From NCBI GenBank assembly GCA_963740315.1, contig CAVUDP010000004.1, positions 896,001-960,000 on the forward strand: a stretch of DNA of 64,000 nucleotides, read 5' to 3'. This DNA is from an uncultured cyanobacterium. Its GTDB lineage: Bacteria; Cyanobacteriota; Cyanobacteriia; Cyanobacteriales; Nostocaceae. Shown one piece after another: positions 28,708 through 38,812 of this stretch. Each line of letters starts with the position of its first letter. The stretch's first letter is position 1. The position numbers were made by a program, and so were the translations under genes. Under the pieces are notes generated by a model. The model was not told where the DNA came from. It searched no databases and saw only the letters and a program-made list of their open reading frames with translations.

Positions 28708-31203
28708 TTAAAACTCGCAAGCCGCAACGCGAGAAAAGAGAATAAGTGGAAATTTGAAATTTATGACCGGATTTTGATATATCCTTTTACTCTGAACTCT
28801 TCTGCATTGTAAATACTTATTTTCTTGGTTAAATAGTTGATTATTATAAAACGGTAGTATTCCTCTAGGCGATAAAAAACCCTTATTCACTTTGTTGATC
28901 ACGTCTTTATAGTTAAGTAAATTGAAATTGCTAGAACTATCATGCCACCCTAGTCTAGTCTCAAATCTGAGGTATTTTTCATAATCTTTCTCACTCCAAT
29001 TAATGTTTAACTGATTTCCGCCTATATCTTTCCAAATTTGCGCTTGCACGCTGAAACCAAAGTTTCCATTAGAATTATCAACCCAAAGGCGATCTATTTC
29101 TTTTAAGTCAATACAGGGAAATATTTCAATATCTTCGATATTTAGATATTTTTTTTCTCTATCAGCAATGAAGAGCATGATCTGAGAGGTTTTTCTATCA
29201 GCTTCTTCCCATTCTTTGTTAGCAAGTAAGTTGTTAAGTTCATCTAAATAGTGTTCTTTTAAAGATTCCTTAACTTCATTCTTGTGATTTTTCTCTTCTT
29301 GTTTTGATAGTAAATTTATAAATTCCCGATGAAATGCTTCTAAATATTGCTTGGATAAAATTTTGATTGGCAGATTTTGGAATGGAGGACTGATACGATC
29401 AACTGTTCTGTTTCCTCTTTTAGCTTTATTTTTGATAAAATTAAGAATCTCGTAAGCCTTTTTATATGAATTTATTTCTTGTGTAAGATTACCTTGCTCT
29501 TTAAATAAATTTGCTTCTATTTTAAGAGTAAATATACTAATTTGTAAGACTACATTATCACTGTTATTTTGCAAATAATGGAATTCTTTTTGACTCTCTT
29601 TGAGATACTTTTGTGCTTGTTTTAAATCCTTAGATTTAAGCATTTGATAAGCATAAGATATGCCAGCATTAAGAATTGCCAGTCTAAGTTTATAGTCTTG
29701 GATATTGAAAGACTGACCTGCAAGTAAAAATAATTCTTCAGCTTCAGAATTAGAACCTTCATTTTTGAGCTTTATAGCCATTAAGCTAAGCTTTTCAACT
29801 ATCTCCAGGAGTTCTTGAATGTCTTTTAATTGTTTTTCAACTTTCTGCTTTGTTTCACTTAATACCAGATTTATCTTTTCTGCTGCTTCTTTATCCTTCC
29901 TCTCCCTCTCCAACTTTGCTGCTTGTTCATCAGCAGCAATTTTCCCCTGAATTTGCTTTGCCCTACTAGCAGCTAAAAACTGTTTATCTTGATAACTTAA
30001 ATTCTTATCTTTCTCCCATTCCTCAGCATCTGCTAAAGCCTTACCTCGCAACAGTCGAGATTCATCTTTACCTTTAGAAGCAACCCAAAATTTAAAACTT
30101 TCGGAATAGGGACGCAAATTCTTTAATTCATTTTCAACCCAATTTCCGCTAAAAACTTGTTTATATATAAGGTTATAAACTCTTAATTTATCTTCTCGTC
30201 TTGCAACTAATCCCGAAAGCAGTAATTCGCTTTGTTCTAAAGTATTATCTGCTGTAATCTCAGATTCTACTTCTGAATGTCTAACTTGCTGATATAAATC
30301 CAACAAATACCCAGCACGTTCTTCATTTCTTAAAATCTTGGCTCGAATGGTGCGTAAGTGTTCGGGTTCATCTTGAGATTCCCAACTTTCAATAATCTTT
30401 GATTTAACAACTTCCTCAACAGTGCGCGGATTTTCTTTTTCAGATTCTTCCACCATAAACTGACATAACTTTTGCGTCAGAAACGGTTGTCCTTTCGTCC
30501 AATCTAATATTTCCTTAATTACCGCTTGGGGTTCATTAAATTTTCCCTTCAAACCCTTTTCTAACGGTTCAACTTCGTGTATTTGAAACCCCTTAAGAGA
30601 AATTGCTTTACCAATATTAAACGGAGTACGTTGTTTATCTTGAATTAAATTGCTGGGTGAAGCGACTCCCAACAAACAAAATGTTAAGCGGTTATATGCG
30701 GGATTATCAACACGCTGGTTATAACAAGAACGAATAAAAGCGAAAAAGTCATCCGTAGGAAAATTTAAACTGAGAACGCTATCAATTTCGTCAATAAAAA
30801 TAACAATATTTTCTTTAACTTCAACAAGTAATATTTCTTCGAGAAACTTACGAAATCTTGTCACCAGAGAATTTAATTGATTTGCTCCCCACCACTCCTC
30901 AAAATCAACATCCAAATCAAAAATATCAATCAACGAATCAATCAAATCCGCATACCATTGCTCTGGTGGGACATTTTGAATACCACCCGCAGAAAGATCG
31001 ATCGCAGCACATTCGACACCATTTTCTCTTAAACGGCGCATTGTTCGCACTCGTAAGCTGGATTTACCACTTTGACGGGAATTCAACACATAACAAAACT
31101 TTCCCGATCGCAATCCATCATACAAATCGCGATCGGCATCTCGCGTTACATAAGTGCTGGCATTTTCTGGTAGACTTCCAGAGAAAATATATTGGTCAAC
31201 CAT
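28708..31203 (-). CDS. AAA_35-type NTPase with helical region and C-terminal GUN4-like domain
   Basis: TYVTRDAD, NSRQSGKSS, IFIDEIDS, RTPFNIG, WTKGQPFLTQK; C-terminal WEEADRKT, FPCIDL.EIDRLW..SNGNFGFSVQ. Confidence 0.85.
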   Translation of the reverse strand: MVDQYIFSGSLPENASTYVTRDADRDLYDGLRSGKFCYVLNSRQSGKSSLRVRTMRRLRENGVECAAIDLSAGGIQNVPPEQWYADLIDSLIDIFDLDVDFEEWWGANQLNSLVTRFRKFLEEILLVEVKENIVIFIDEIDSVLSLNFPTDDFFAFIRSCYNQRVDNPAYNRLTFCLLGVASPSNLIQDKQRTPFNIGKAISLKGFQIHEVEPLEKGLKGKFNEPQAVIKEILDWTKGQPFLTQKLCQFMVEESEKENPRTVEEVVKSKIIESWESQDEPEHLRTIRAKILRNEERAGYLLDLYQQVRHSEVESEITADNTLEQSELLLSGLVARREDKLRVYNLIYKQVFSGNWVENELKNLRPYSESFKFWVASKGKDESRLLRGKALADAEEWEKDKNLSYQDKQFLAASRAKQIQGKIAADEQAAKLERERKDKEAAEKINLVLSETKQKVEKQLKDIQELLEIVEKLSLMAIKLKNEGSNSEAEELFLLAGQSFNIQDYKLRLAILNAGISYAYQMLKSKDLKQAQKYLKESQKEFHYLQNNSDNVVLQISIFTLKIEANLFKEQGNLTQEINSYKKAYEILNFIKNKAKRGNRTVDRISPPFQNLPIKILSKQYLEAFHREFINLLSKQEEKNHKNEVKESLKEHYLDELNNLLANKEWEEADRKTSQIMLFIADREKKYLNIEDIEIFPCIDLKEIDRLWVDNSNGNFGFSVQAQIWKDIGGNQLNINWSEKDYEKYLRFETRLGWHDSSSNFNLLNYKDVINKVNKGFLSPRGILPFYNNQLFNQENKYLQCRRVQSKRIYQNPVINFKFPLILFSRVAACEF

Positions 31204-31284
31204 AATTTATAACCAATTCCAAAAAACTCAGCGTACCTCCGCGTTACCTTTGCGCTCCTCTGCGTTAAAACATAAAATTTGATA

Positions 31285-32889
31285 TCATCCCAAGCGCTCC
31301 GAAAAATACCGACGATACAAATCGTAGCTAGGAACACAATCATTACCTAAAAGCTTCACCAATCCCATGCTATGTAGTTTAAACCCAATTTCCGTATCAA
31401 GTCGCACGGGTTTGTTTGCTGTCACCACTTTTTTATAAGCTGACTCCAACTGAGGATTATGTTGTAAATTCCATAATTGTTCCCGCAGATGGTTGCTAAA
31501 AATCCCCTCTTCTGTAGGCGCAAGATTTAAAAGTTGCTCTAAAGTTATTTGTTTCGTTTTGAGATTGGTAATAGCTTGCTGTATTAAATAAGGATGTCCC
31601 CCTACCAACTCCATTAATTTATTTAAACTTTCCTCTCCCAACTGAATATTGCGATCGTAGTGCTTGGCAATAGTTTCTACTTGTTGCAGATTAAACTCAG
31701 GTAAATCAATTGCTATCCCAACATTAAACGGTGAGTGATTGGTATCCAAACAAGGATAAGCTTCAGTAGAATGAACCACCACTAACCGCAGTTTATGCCA
31801 AATTTGACCAATCCTGTCTCCTTGTTTAGCACATTCATACCATCCCCGGAGCAGCAAGCAGAATTGAGGGAAAATATCGGGATGTTCAAACAGTCGCTCA
31901 AAATTATCGATCGCAAAAACTAAAGGTTTATCATTAACAGATAATAAATATTTTTGAAAATAACGGGTACAGTTTTTATTCAGCCCATAAATATCATTCC
32001 AATATTTATCCAGTTCTGGTTCCAGTTCCAAACTGTCAGAAACATCAGCACACAACCACTGTAAAAATGTTTTTAAATCAGCCAGGGTATTAACATCAGC
32101 TTGTTTTAAATCTAATTTTGCTGTTTGATAACCTTGTTCTCTAGAATAGCCGAGCAATTTTTCCAAAAGCAAAGTTTTCCCCATTTTCTGCGCTGCTTTG
32201 ATGCGAATTAGCGCTCCGGGTTGCAAAATTGCTGTAGAGCATTTTTCTTCAATGTTCTGACGTTCAATATATATTGTCGCTGCTTCCGTAGGATTTTGTG
32301 GAGGTGTTTTTGCAGAATTCCGTGCGATAAATTGGGGTGTGTGTTGCTCCGGTATTCCTGCTATCCCAATCAAATTACAACCTAATTTATAAGCAAACTC
32401 ATAATTTTGTCCCGCTCCCAGAGCATCATAAAAACCCACCGCAAATTCAATCGCTGCTTTATCTCCAATTACTTGACTCATCCCCACTACATAATCAATA
32501 TACTGAGATATTTCCAAAGCCTGGTATTCTGAGTAACAAGCATTCAGGACAACACACTCAACTTGCTCGCTAAATAATTGGAACAATCTAGCTAAAGCTT
32601 CTGCATCAACTAATTTCATTTGACCAGATTCATCTTCAAAAGCCAAACCATCTTCACCAGTTCCATGTCCACAAAAATGAATAATCTGCGGTTTATATTC
32701 CAGAATTGCTCTGTGTATATCCCTATAGCGTACTGCTTGTGCAACTGATATTGAATATTCGTCGCGCTTTTTTGCTCGCTTCAACCCTTCCTCAATCTCC
32801 CGCATCTCCTCATTTAGACGCGAGAAACTAGTACCTTTGGGGTTTGCTGACAGAAGCAAAATTTTTCGAGTTTGATTATTTTCACTCAT
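31285..32889 (-). CDS. CHAT (caspase-like) domain fused to AAA_35-type NTPase
   Basis: ILLLSANP, HFCGHG, VVLNACYS; YIER, KMGKT, SPFNVG, GGHPYL. Confidence 0.88.
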   Translation of the reverse strand: MSENNQTRKILLLSANPKGTSFSRLNEEMREIEEGLKRAKKRDEYSISVAQAVRYRDIHRAILEYKPQIIHFCGHGTGEDGLAFEDESGQMKLVDAEALARLFQLFSEQVECVVLNACYSEYQALEISQYIDYVVGMSQVIGDKAAIEFAVGFYDALGAGQNYEFAYKLGCNLIGIAGIPEQHTPQFIARNSAKTPPQNPTEAATIYIERQNIEEKCSTAILQPGALIRIKAAQKMGKTLLLEKLLGYSREQGYQTAKLDLKQADVNTLADLKTFLQWLCADVSDSLELEPELDKYWNDIYGLNKNCTRYFQKYLLSVNDKPLVFAIDNFERLFEHPDIFPQFCLLLRGWYECAKQGDRIGQIWHKLRLVVVHSTEAYPCLDTNHSPFNVGIAIDLPEFNLQQVETIAKHYDRNIQLGEESLNKLMELVGGHPYLIQQAITNLKTKQITLEQLLNLAPTEEGIFSNHLREQLWNLQHNPQLESAYKKVVTANKPVRLDTEIGFKLHSMGLVKLLGNDCVPSYDLYRRYFSERLG

Positions 32890-33295
32890 GAGCAACTCGA
32901 ATAACAGACAGGGTATCGGACTGAGAACACGTAATGATTCAAATCATACAAGTTAAGTATGTGGTTTTTCTGCTTAAAAAGCAATATTACTCATTTGTGT
33001 GAAAAATAACAAACTCCCAAACGACTTATTGTATAAAATTTGTTAGCTGCACAGCCAAAAGCTAGATTAATACGTAAAATGTCATTTCTCGTAGGAAAGC
33101 TATATTTAAGTATTTAAATAAATTTAAGTCACTATACAACCCGCAATAGGATAATATATTTATCTAAAAAAGCGGTATCATTAGATGCCATTACTCCCAG
33201 AGCGTTGTTTTTTTGACTTTCAAGCATAAGTAGATACTGAAAAGTTTATTGTGAATTACAGAGAAGCAAATCAATAATTTTCCCAAACAAAGCCT

Positions 33296-33649
33296 ATGAT
33301 GCATTTTCTTTTGACTTGGCTTGGCACTGCGGTGTCATTGCTAATTACCGCTCATATTGTTCCTGGATTCGTAATAAAAACTTTTGTTGCAGCCTTGGTT
33401 GCAGCTGTAATTGTAGGTTTAGTTAATGCTTTTATCAGACCTATTTTAAGCATTTTAACATTTCCTATAAACTTACTTACCTTTGGATTATTTACCTTTG
33501 TTATCAACGGATTTACCCTTTGGCTAGCAAGTATTTTTACTCCCGGTTATGGTTTTATAATAGATGGACCTTTACCTGCTTTACTGGGTTCGATAGTACT
33601 AGCAATAGTTTCTAGCGTAATTAATTATTTCTTAAGAGCAGTTGATTGA
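33296..33649 (+). CDS. YvlD / 4-TM phage-holin-superfamily-IV membrane protein
   Basis: VNAFIRPIL.ILTFP..LLTFGLF.FVIN. Confidence 0.85.
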   Translation: MMHFLLTWLGTAVSLLITAHIVPGFVIKTFVAALVAAVIVGLVNAFIRPILSILTFPINLLTFGLFTFVINGFTLWLASIFTPGYGFIIDGPLPALLGSIVLAIVSSVINYFLRAVD

Positions 33650-33837
33650 AAAGTTATTAGTTTTAAACTTATTTATACTTTTCATGCATTAAGGAACTAT
33701 TAATTTGTGAGAATTGAAAAACCCGGTTTTTGAAACGAACCGGGTTTATTATTTATTATATTTTGTAGTGATAATCGAATTAAAAAACATCAGATGGAAA
33801 CCGTACAAACTTAAATTAATTTTATTTTCAATCAACT

Positions 33838-34065
33838 TGTAGGTTGGGTTAGGGGCACTCAGAATGATGTTATTCAACTAGTAATTCAACTTGCACCGTA
33901 ACCCAACATCTTAATTATTTATTATTTATTATTTATATTTTATTTATGACCTAAACTTTTTCAAAGATATTTTATCTGTTTAAAGTATTGATGTTGGGTT
34001 ACGACACGATAAACATAGAATATCGTTACTAATTAAAGTTGTTCTTCGTGTTTAACCCAACCTAC
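33838..34065. repeat. Composite REP-like element: GTAGGTTGGGTT...AACCCAACCTAC with inner TAACCCAACATC/GATGTTGGGTTA
   Basis: Four complementary arms visible in the sequence. Confidence 0.75.
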
Positions 34066-34250
34066 CATTAACTTTATATTATTTTTAATCGGTTCTAGGT
34101 GCCGACTTTAATCGTTACACATTACTCAAAATGCGATCGCAATGCAAATCAGCAGTTGAAGTGGATGCTGTTCGTTTTAATTAATTTGTTAGATAGACCA
34201 AATTTTTGTAGAGACGTAATATATTACGTCTCATACATCGCTCTACATTT

Positions 34251-35174
34251 TTAATTCGTACTATGTTTGGTGTTATACCTAACTCTAGTTCCTGCCCAGA
34301 GCAATTTCTCACGCAAAACCTGATAGTACGAATAGTTTTCCCGTAAAATAATGAACTTAGACCGACAATCTGCCATGCGTACATCTACGCGGTGTCCGGG
34401 CCATATCGAAGTGGCTAAAACGCCATCAGTCCACAGCTTAGTACTTAAATCAAAATCTCCCAAGGGCCAAATACTAACTACCGAACCCGGAGGTAAAACA
34501 ATAGGGCGACTTGAAAGACTCATCGGACATATAGGAGTGATGGTAATCGCTTCCATACCATCGTGCATTATCGGACCGTTTGCAGAAACCGTATAGCCTG
34601 TAGAACCTGTAGGGGTAGAAATAATTAACCCGTCTCCCTGATATTGGTCAACGACCTCATTATCAATTTCCAATTCCAAAATTGACGTGATCATGCGGTC
34701 TGCGGAAGCTGGTTTGACACACATTTCGTTCAAAGCCAGGTAGTTTTCCGTTATCGGTTCCAAATTTGAACCATGTCCCTCATATACAGCAGCTTGCAAC
34801 ATCATCCGCCGCTGTATAGCATAACGGTCTTCTAGCAGTCTATCCCAAACTTGTTCGGTATCTTGAAACTCTTCTACTGACTCAGTTAAAAATCCTAAAT
34901 GACCCCCTACATTCACAGCCAGAATAGGAACGCCAGCCTGGGCTAAATGTCTTGCACCAGTTAAAACAGTTCCATCACCACCAAGTACTATTGCCAGGTC
35001 AATTTGTTCGGTCGCCGAAGCTAAAAAAACCGGGTATGGATTATCTTTGGGACCGCTTGGACCCATTAATACATGGCATTTACGATGTTCTAACTGGCTG
35101 GCACAGATTTCAGCCCAGCGTTTGCTTTGAGGATCTCGCGCCTTGTAGGCAATAATTACTTGCTTAAGCTCCAC
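34251..35174 (-). CDS. nadK: NAD(+) kinase
   Basis: GGDGT, GHLGFL, LNE, GDG..ISTPTGSTGY. Confidence 0.95.
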   Translation of the reverse strand: MELKQVIIAYKARDPQSKRWAEICASQLEHRKCHVLMGPSGPKDNPYPVFLASATEQIDLAIVLGGDGTVLTGARHLAQAGVPILAVNVGGHLGFLTESVEEFQDTEQVWDRLLEDRYAIQRRMMLQAAVYEGHGSNLEPITENYLALNEMCVKPASADRMITSILELEIDNEVVDQYQGDGLIISTPTGSTGYTVSANGPIMHDGMEAITITPICPMSLSSRPIVLPPGSVVSIWPLGDFDLSTKLWTDGVLATSIWPGHRVDVRMADCRSKFIILRENYSYYQVLREKLLWAGTRVRYNTKHSTN

Positions 35175-35178
35175 GAAA

Positions 35179-35484
35179 CTACCACTTTAGGAGGTTAAAC
35201 TGTTCCATATCAACAGTATCGCGATTACGGTATATTGCCAATACAATCGCCAAACCTACCGCTGCTTCAGCCGCCGCGACAGTAATTACAAACACGGCGA
35301 AAACTTGACCTTTAATTAATGTTGGGTCCAAGTAGTTGGAAAAAGCCATCAAGTTCAAATTAACCGAATTTAGCAAAAGTTCAATCGACATTAACACCCG
35401 TACCGCATTCCGACTGGTGACAACACCAAAAATACCGATACAGAATAGAGCGGCAGATAGTAATAAAAAGTACTGAAGTTGCAT
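35179..35484 (-). CDS. ndhE: NDH-1 subunit 4L (NuoK)
   Basis: [31 protein letters not shown]. Confidence 0.97.
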   Translation of the reverse strand: MQLQYFLLLSAALFCIGIFGVVTSRNAVRVLMSIELLLNSVNLNLMAFSNYLDPTLIKGQVFAVFVITVAAAEAAVGLAIVLAIYRNRDTVDMEQFNLLKW

Positions 35485-35613
35485 GGTTATTTGCTATTCC
35501 TTTAAAAATCAATTATCAATTATCAGCGATTGATTATCAATTACCAGTTACCAGTTATTAAGGGGAAGGTAGGATTCATCAATAATCAATTGTTCATTGA
35601 TAATTGTTCATTG

Positions 35614-36219
35614 TTATTTGTCTTCGCTTTGGGCTGATACTAATTCTCTCGGACGTTCGGGCAATTGTAAAACAGTTTGTGGCATTTGGTCGTCCGTTTC
35701 TTGGGGAGGTAAGTACTCGCGACGAGCTAATATTATTGCTCCTACCATCGCCATCAATAGTAAAATCGAAGCTAATTCAAAAGGTAACAAAAAGTCAGTA
35801 AAGAAATGCTCGCCAATTAAAACTATCGAATTTTGAACGGGAGTAGCCGTAGAATTAGCCCAAGGTGTTGCTAGAACCATCGTACTTAAAAGTGCAAATA
35901 ATCCTAAACTAACTAATGCTGTTGTCCCTTTCCTGAGCCAGGAGTTCGGTAAAGGTGAGTAATTTTCTTGTTTGTTCACCAACATAATGGCAAACAAAAT
36001 TAATACGTTAACTGCCCCTACATAAACTAGCAATTGGGCTGCGGCTACAAAGTCCGCATTCAGCAGCAGGTATAATCCCGCAATACTAATAAATACGCCC
36101 CCCAGCGTAAAAGCAGAGTAAACAATACTATCAAACAGCACAACTCCCAGCGCCGTCGCAATCATCATCGCAGCCAATATGGCAAACGAAACTATCTGTA
36201 CTCCATCAGCTAAATCCAC
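35614..36219 (-). CDS. ndhG: NDH-1 subunit 6 (NuoJ)
   Basis: AAAQLLVYVGAVNVLILFAIML, LLPFELAS. Confidence 0.97.
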   Translation of the reverse strand: MDLADGVQIVSFAILAAMMIATALGVVLFDSIVYSAFTLGGVFISIAGLYLLLNADFVAAAQLLVYVGAVNVLILFAIMLVNKQENYSPLPNSWLRKGTTALVSLGLFALLSTMVLATPWANSTATPVQNSIVLIGEHFFTDFLLPFELASILLLMAMVGAIILARREYLPPQETDDQMPQTVLQLPERPRELVSAQSEDK

Positions 36220-36346
36220 TTTTTTGATCCTTCGTTGTTGATTGTTAGCTATTTATTAGTTGTTAGTTGTTAGTTGTTAGTTATTAGTTATTTTTTTAAT
36301 TATTAACTCATAACTTATAACTCCGGTAGTCCGGCGATCGCCTCAA

Positions 36347-36937
36347 CTAACCTTTAACATTTTCTTCTTCTATTAAGTCTTCGGGGAAAGCGCCAGCGCG
36401 AGGTGCATCGGCTGGTAGATCGTGGGGTTCCATCACACCTTTAGGAAGGTAAATTAATTCGCGCAACGGTGTTACCATTGGGTCATTTGTGACTTTATAA
36501 GGCAGACGACCGAGGGCAACGCTATCATAATTCAACTCGTGACGGTCATAAGTAGAAAGCTCGTAATCTTCTGTCATTGATAGACAGTTAGTCGGACAAT
36601 ACTCTACACAGTTACCGCAAAATATGCAAACTCCGAAGTCAATACTGTAGTGATTGAGCTTTTTCTTTTTGCTGACTTTGTTAAATTCCCAGTCCACTAC
36701 AGGTAGGTTAATCGGACATACCCGAACGCAAACCTCACAAGCAATACATTTATCAAACTCAAAATGGATTCTACCGCGAAAGCGTTCGCTAGGAATTAAC
36801 TTCTCGTAAGGATACTGCACCGTAACGGGACGGCGCTGCATGTGATCGAAGGTAACGGCTAAACCTTGACCAATATAGCGAGTGGCTTCCCACGTTTCTT
36901 TACCGTAATCAACAACTTGCTTGAGGAACTTTAACAT
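36347..36937 (-). CDS. ndhI: NDH-1 subunit I
   Basis: Two 4Fe-4S motifs [12 protein letters not shown] and [12 protein letters not shown]. Confidence 0.97.
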   Translation of the reverse strand: MLKFLKQVVDYGKETWEATRYIGQGLAVTFDHMQRRPVTVQYPYEKLIPSERFRGRIHFEFDKCIACEVCVRVCPINLPVVDWEFNKVSKKKKLNHYSIDFGVCIFCGNCVEYCPTNCLSMTEDYELSTYDRHELNYDSVALGRLPYKVTNDPMVTPLRELIYLPKGVMEPHDLPADAPRAGAFPEDLIEEENVKG

Positions 36938-36950
36938 TATTGTGTCTCCT

Positions 36951-37155
36951 TAAAATTTTGGATTTTAGATTTTAGATTTTAGATTTATGAGCTAATCCGA
37001 AATCTCTAATTAGTTTATTTACCAAAAGCAATGCTCAAAGTTGCTTTCAGATTCAGATTCTAGATTTAAGAACTAATTCAAAATCCAAAATCTGTCTTGG
37101 AAAGTTTTGGGGGAAGAAAATCTACACCCCAAACTTTCCGCAAAATCTAAAATTG
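36951..37155. repeat. STRR heptamers (ATTTTAG / AAAATCT) with an inserted hairpin at 37099-37139
   Basis: Tandem units; ggaaagttt.gggg / ccccaaactttcc arms. Confidence 0.7.
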
Positions 37156-37157
37156 AT

Positions 37158-38276
37158 TCATCCACCAAAGGCGAAGGGAAAAGCTAATTTTAATGCTGCG
37201 GTTAACAGCAAGTTAACTAAACCGATGGGAAGCAAAAATTTCCACCCTAAATCTAACAGTTGGTCAATGCGAACTCTTGGCACAGTCCAGCGCAATAAGA
37301 TAGCTAGAAATACTAAGAAGTAGGCTTTGAGTACGGTCATTGTAATACCTAATGAAGCCGTGACTACCTGGAAAACGGGGTTAGCTTCACTCACTCCCAA
37401 CCAACCTGCAATCAAGTTTAAGGGAATCGGAAAATCCCAACCACCAAGATATAAAACCGATACCAATAAAGCAGACAATACCAAATTTACATAAGAACTC
37501 AAGTAAAACAAAGCGAATTTCATGCCAGAATATTCGGTTTGATAACCTGCTACGAGTTCCTCTTCTGCTTCTGGTAAGTCAAAAGGCATACGTTCGCATT
37601 CTGCCAAAGCTGATATCCAGAAGATAATGAAACCTGCTGGTTGTCGCCAAACGTTCCAACCCAAAATACCGTAGCCGGATTGTTGGTTGACAATATCAAC
37701 GGTGCTGAGGCTATTTGACATCATGACGACTGCTAATACTGCAAGCGCCAAAGGTATTTCATAACTAATCGATTGTGCAGCGGCTCGCAACCCCCCTAAG
37801 AGAGCATATTTATTATTTGATGCGTAGCCAGCCATTAATAAACCAATCGGCTGAACGGAAGAAAGAGCAATCCATAAGAAAACTCCCATTCCCACATTGG
37901 TTATCAATAAATTTTGTCCAAACGGCACAATTAAATAGGACAGAAATACCGGCAACACTACGATGATCGGACCGAGTGTAAATAACAAAGAGTCAGCTTT
38001 TGCCGGTATTATATCTTCCTTAAAGACTAACTTAAGACCATCCGCTACTGGCGCAAGCAAACCCAAAGGACCGATATATTCAGGACCAATCCGCTGCTGG
38101 GCTGCTGCTGAAATTTTTCGCTCTTGCCAAACACACACCAGCACCCCTACAGTGGCACCAATGAGCATTAAAACCATCGGCAAGGGCATCCAGATGGCTT
38201 TAGCTGTACCCGCAGGCAGTCCCAAATCCATCAAGCTTTGAATAAAAGTTCCTTGCAGATCAATTCCTGAATTCAT
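37158..38276 (-). CDS. ndhA: NDH-1 subunit 1 (NuoH)
   Basis: [41 protein letters not shown]. Confidence 0.97.
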   Translation of the reverse strand: MNSGIDLQGTFIQSLMDLGLPAGTAKAIWMPLPMVLMLIGATVGVLVCVWQERKISAAAQQRIGPEYIGPLGLLAPVADGLKLVFKEDIIPAKADSLLFTLGPIIVVLPVFLSYLIVPFGQNLLITNVGMGVFLWIALSSVQPIGLLMAGYASNNKYALLGGLRAAAQSISYEIPLALAVLAVVMMSNSLSTVDIVNQQSGYGILGWNVWRQPAGFIIFWISALAECERMPFDLPEAEEELVAGYQTEYSGMKFALFYLSSYVNLVLSALLVSVLYLGGWDFPIPLNLIAGWLGVSEANPVFQVVTASLGITMTVLKAYFLVFLAILLRWTVPRVRIDQLLDLGWKFLLPIGLVNLLLTAALKLAFPFAFGG

Positions 38277-38812
38277 TTTTATACTCTTGAAGTTAACTCA
38301 AGCTTGACACGACGACCCGCGACAAAGCACGGGATTATTAATCAGAACGAGCATCTAAACAAATGTTTATATAACTCGAACCAAAGAGCGATCGAACAGT
38401 TTACCCGAATTCAACCGTAGAGCAACAGGCGGTGCCAATTGCCTTACTTGTAGCGCTTCTTGCGCTTAGTATTTGCTTACTCTTATGAAGTATGAAGTGC
38501 TACAGAAACTCTTTTATACTTCATGTACCGCATTGGATATTTACAACTATTTATACTTATTAATAAGTGTAAAGTAACCCAACAATATCTTTACCCATTA
38601 CCCAAAAAAAGGCAAAATTTGAGATTTTTTGGGATGACCATGCCTAGTATATCGCTCTAAGGCTTGCTGTTCTCTCACCCAAGTAAGAGGTTCTACTTAT
38701 CTTATGGATAAAGATTTCTTTGGTGAGGTGATGGGGTGATGGGGTGAAGGTGATTAAAAATAATTGGGGTTTTCTCATCATCTCCAGTGCCCAATGCCCC
38801 ATGCCCAATTCC

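Noticed and set aside
33296..33649. Holin-family gene as evidence of a prophage
   Set aside because: YvlD-type proteins are ordinary chromosomal membrane proteins and there are no phage genes nearby
38280..38640. Possible leader peptide or structured RNA upstream of ndhA
   Set aside because: Only a 13-16 codon ORF and weak stems; not distinguishable from an ordinary long 5' UTR
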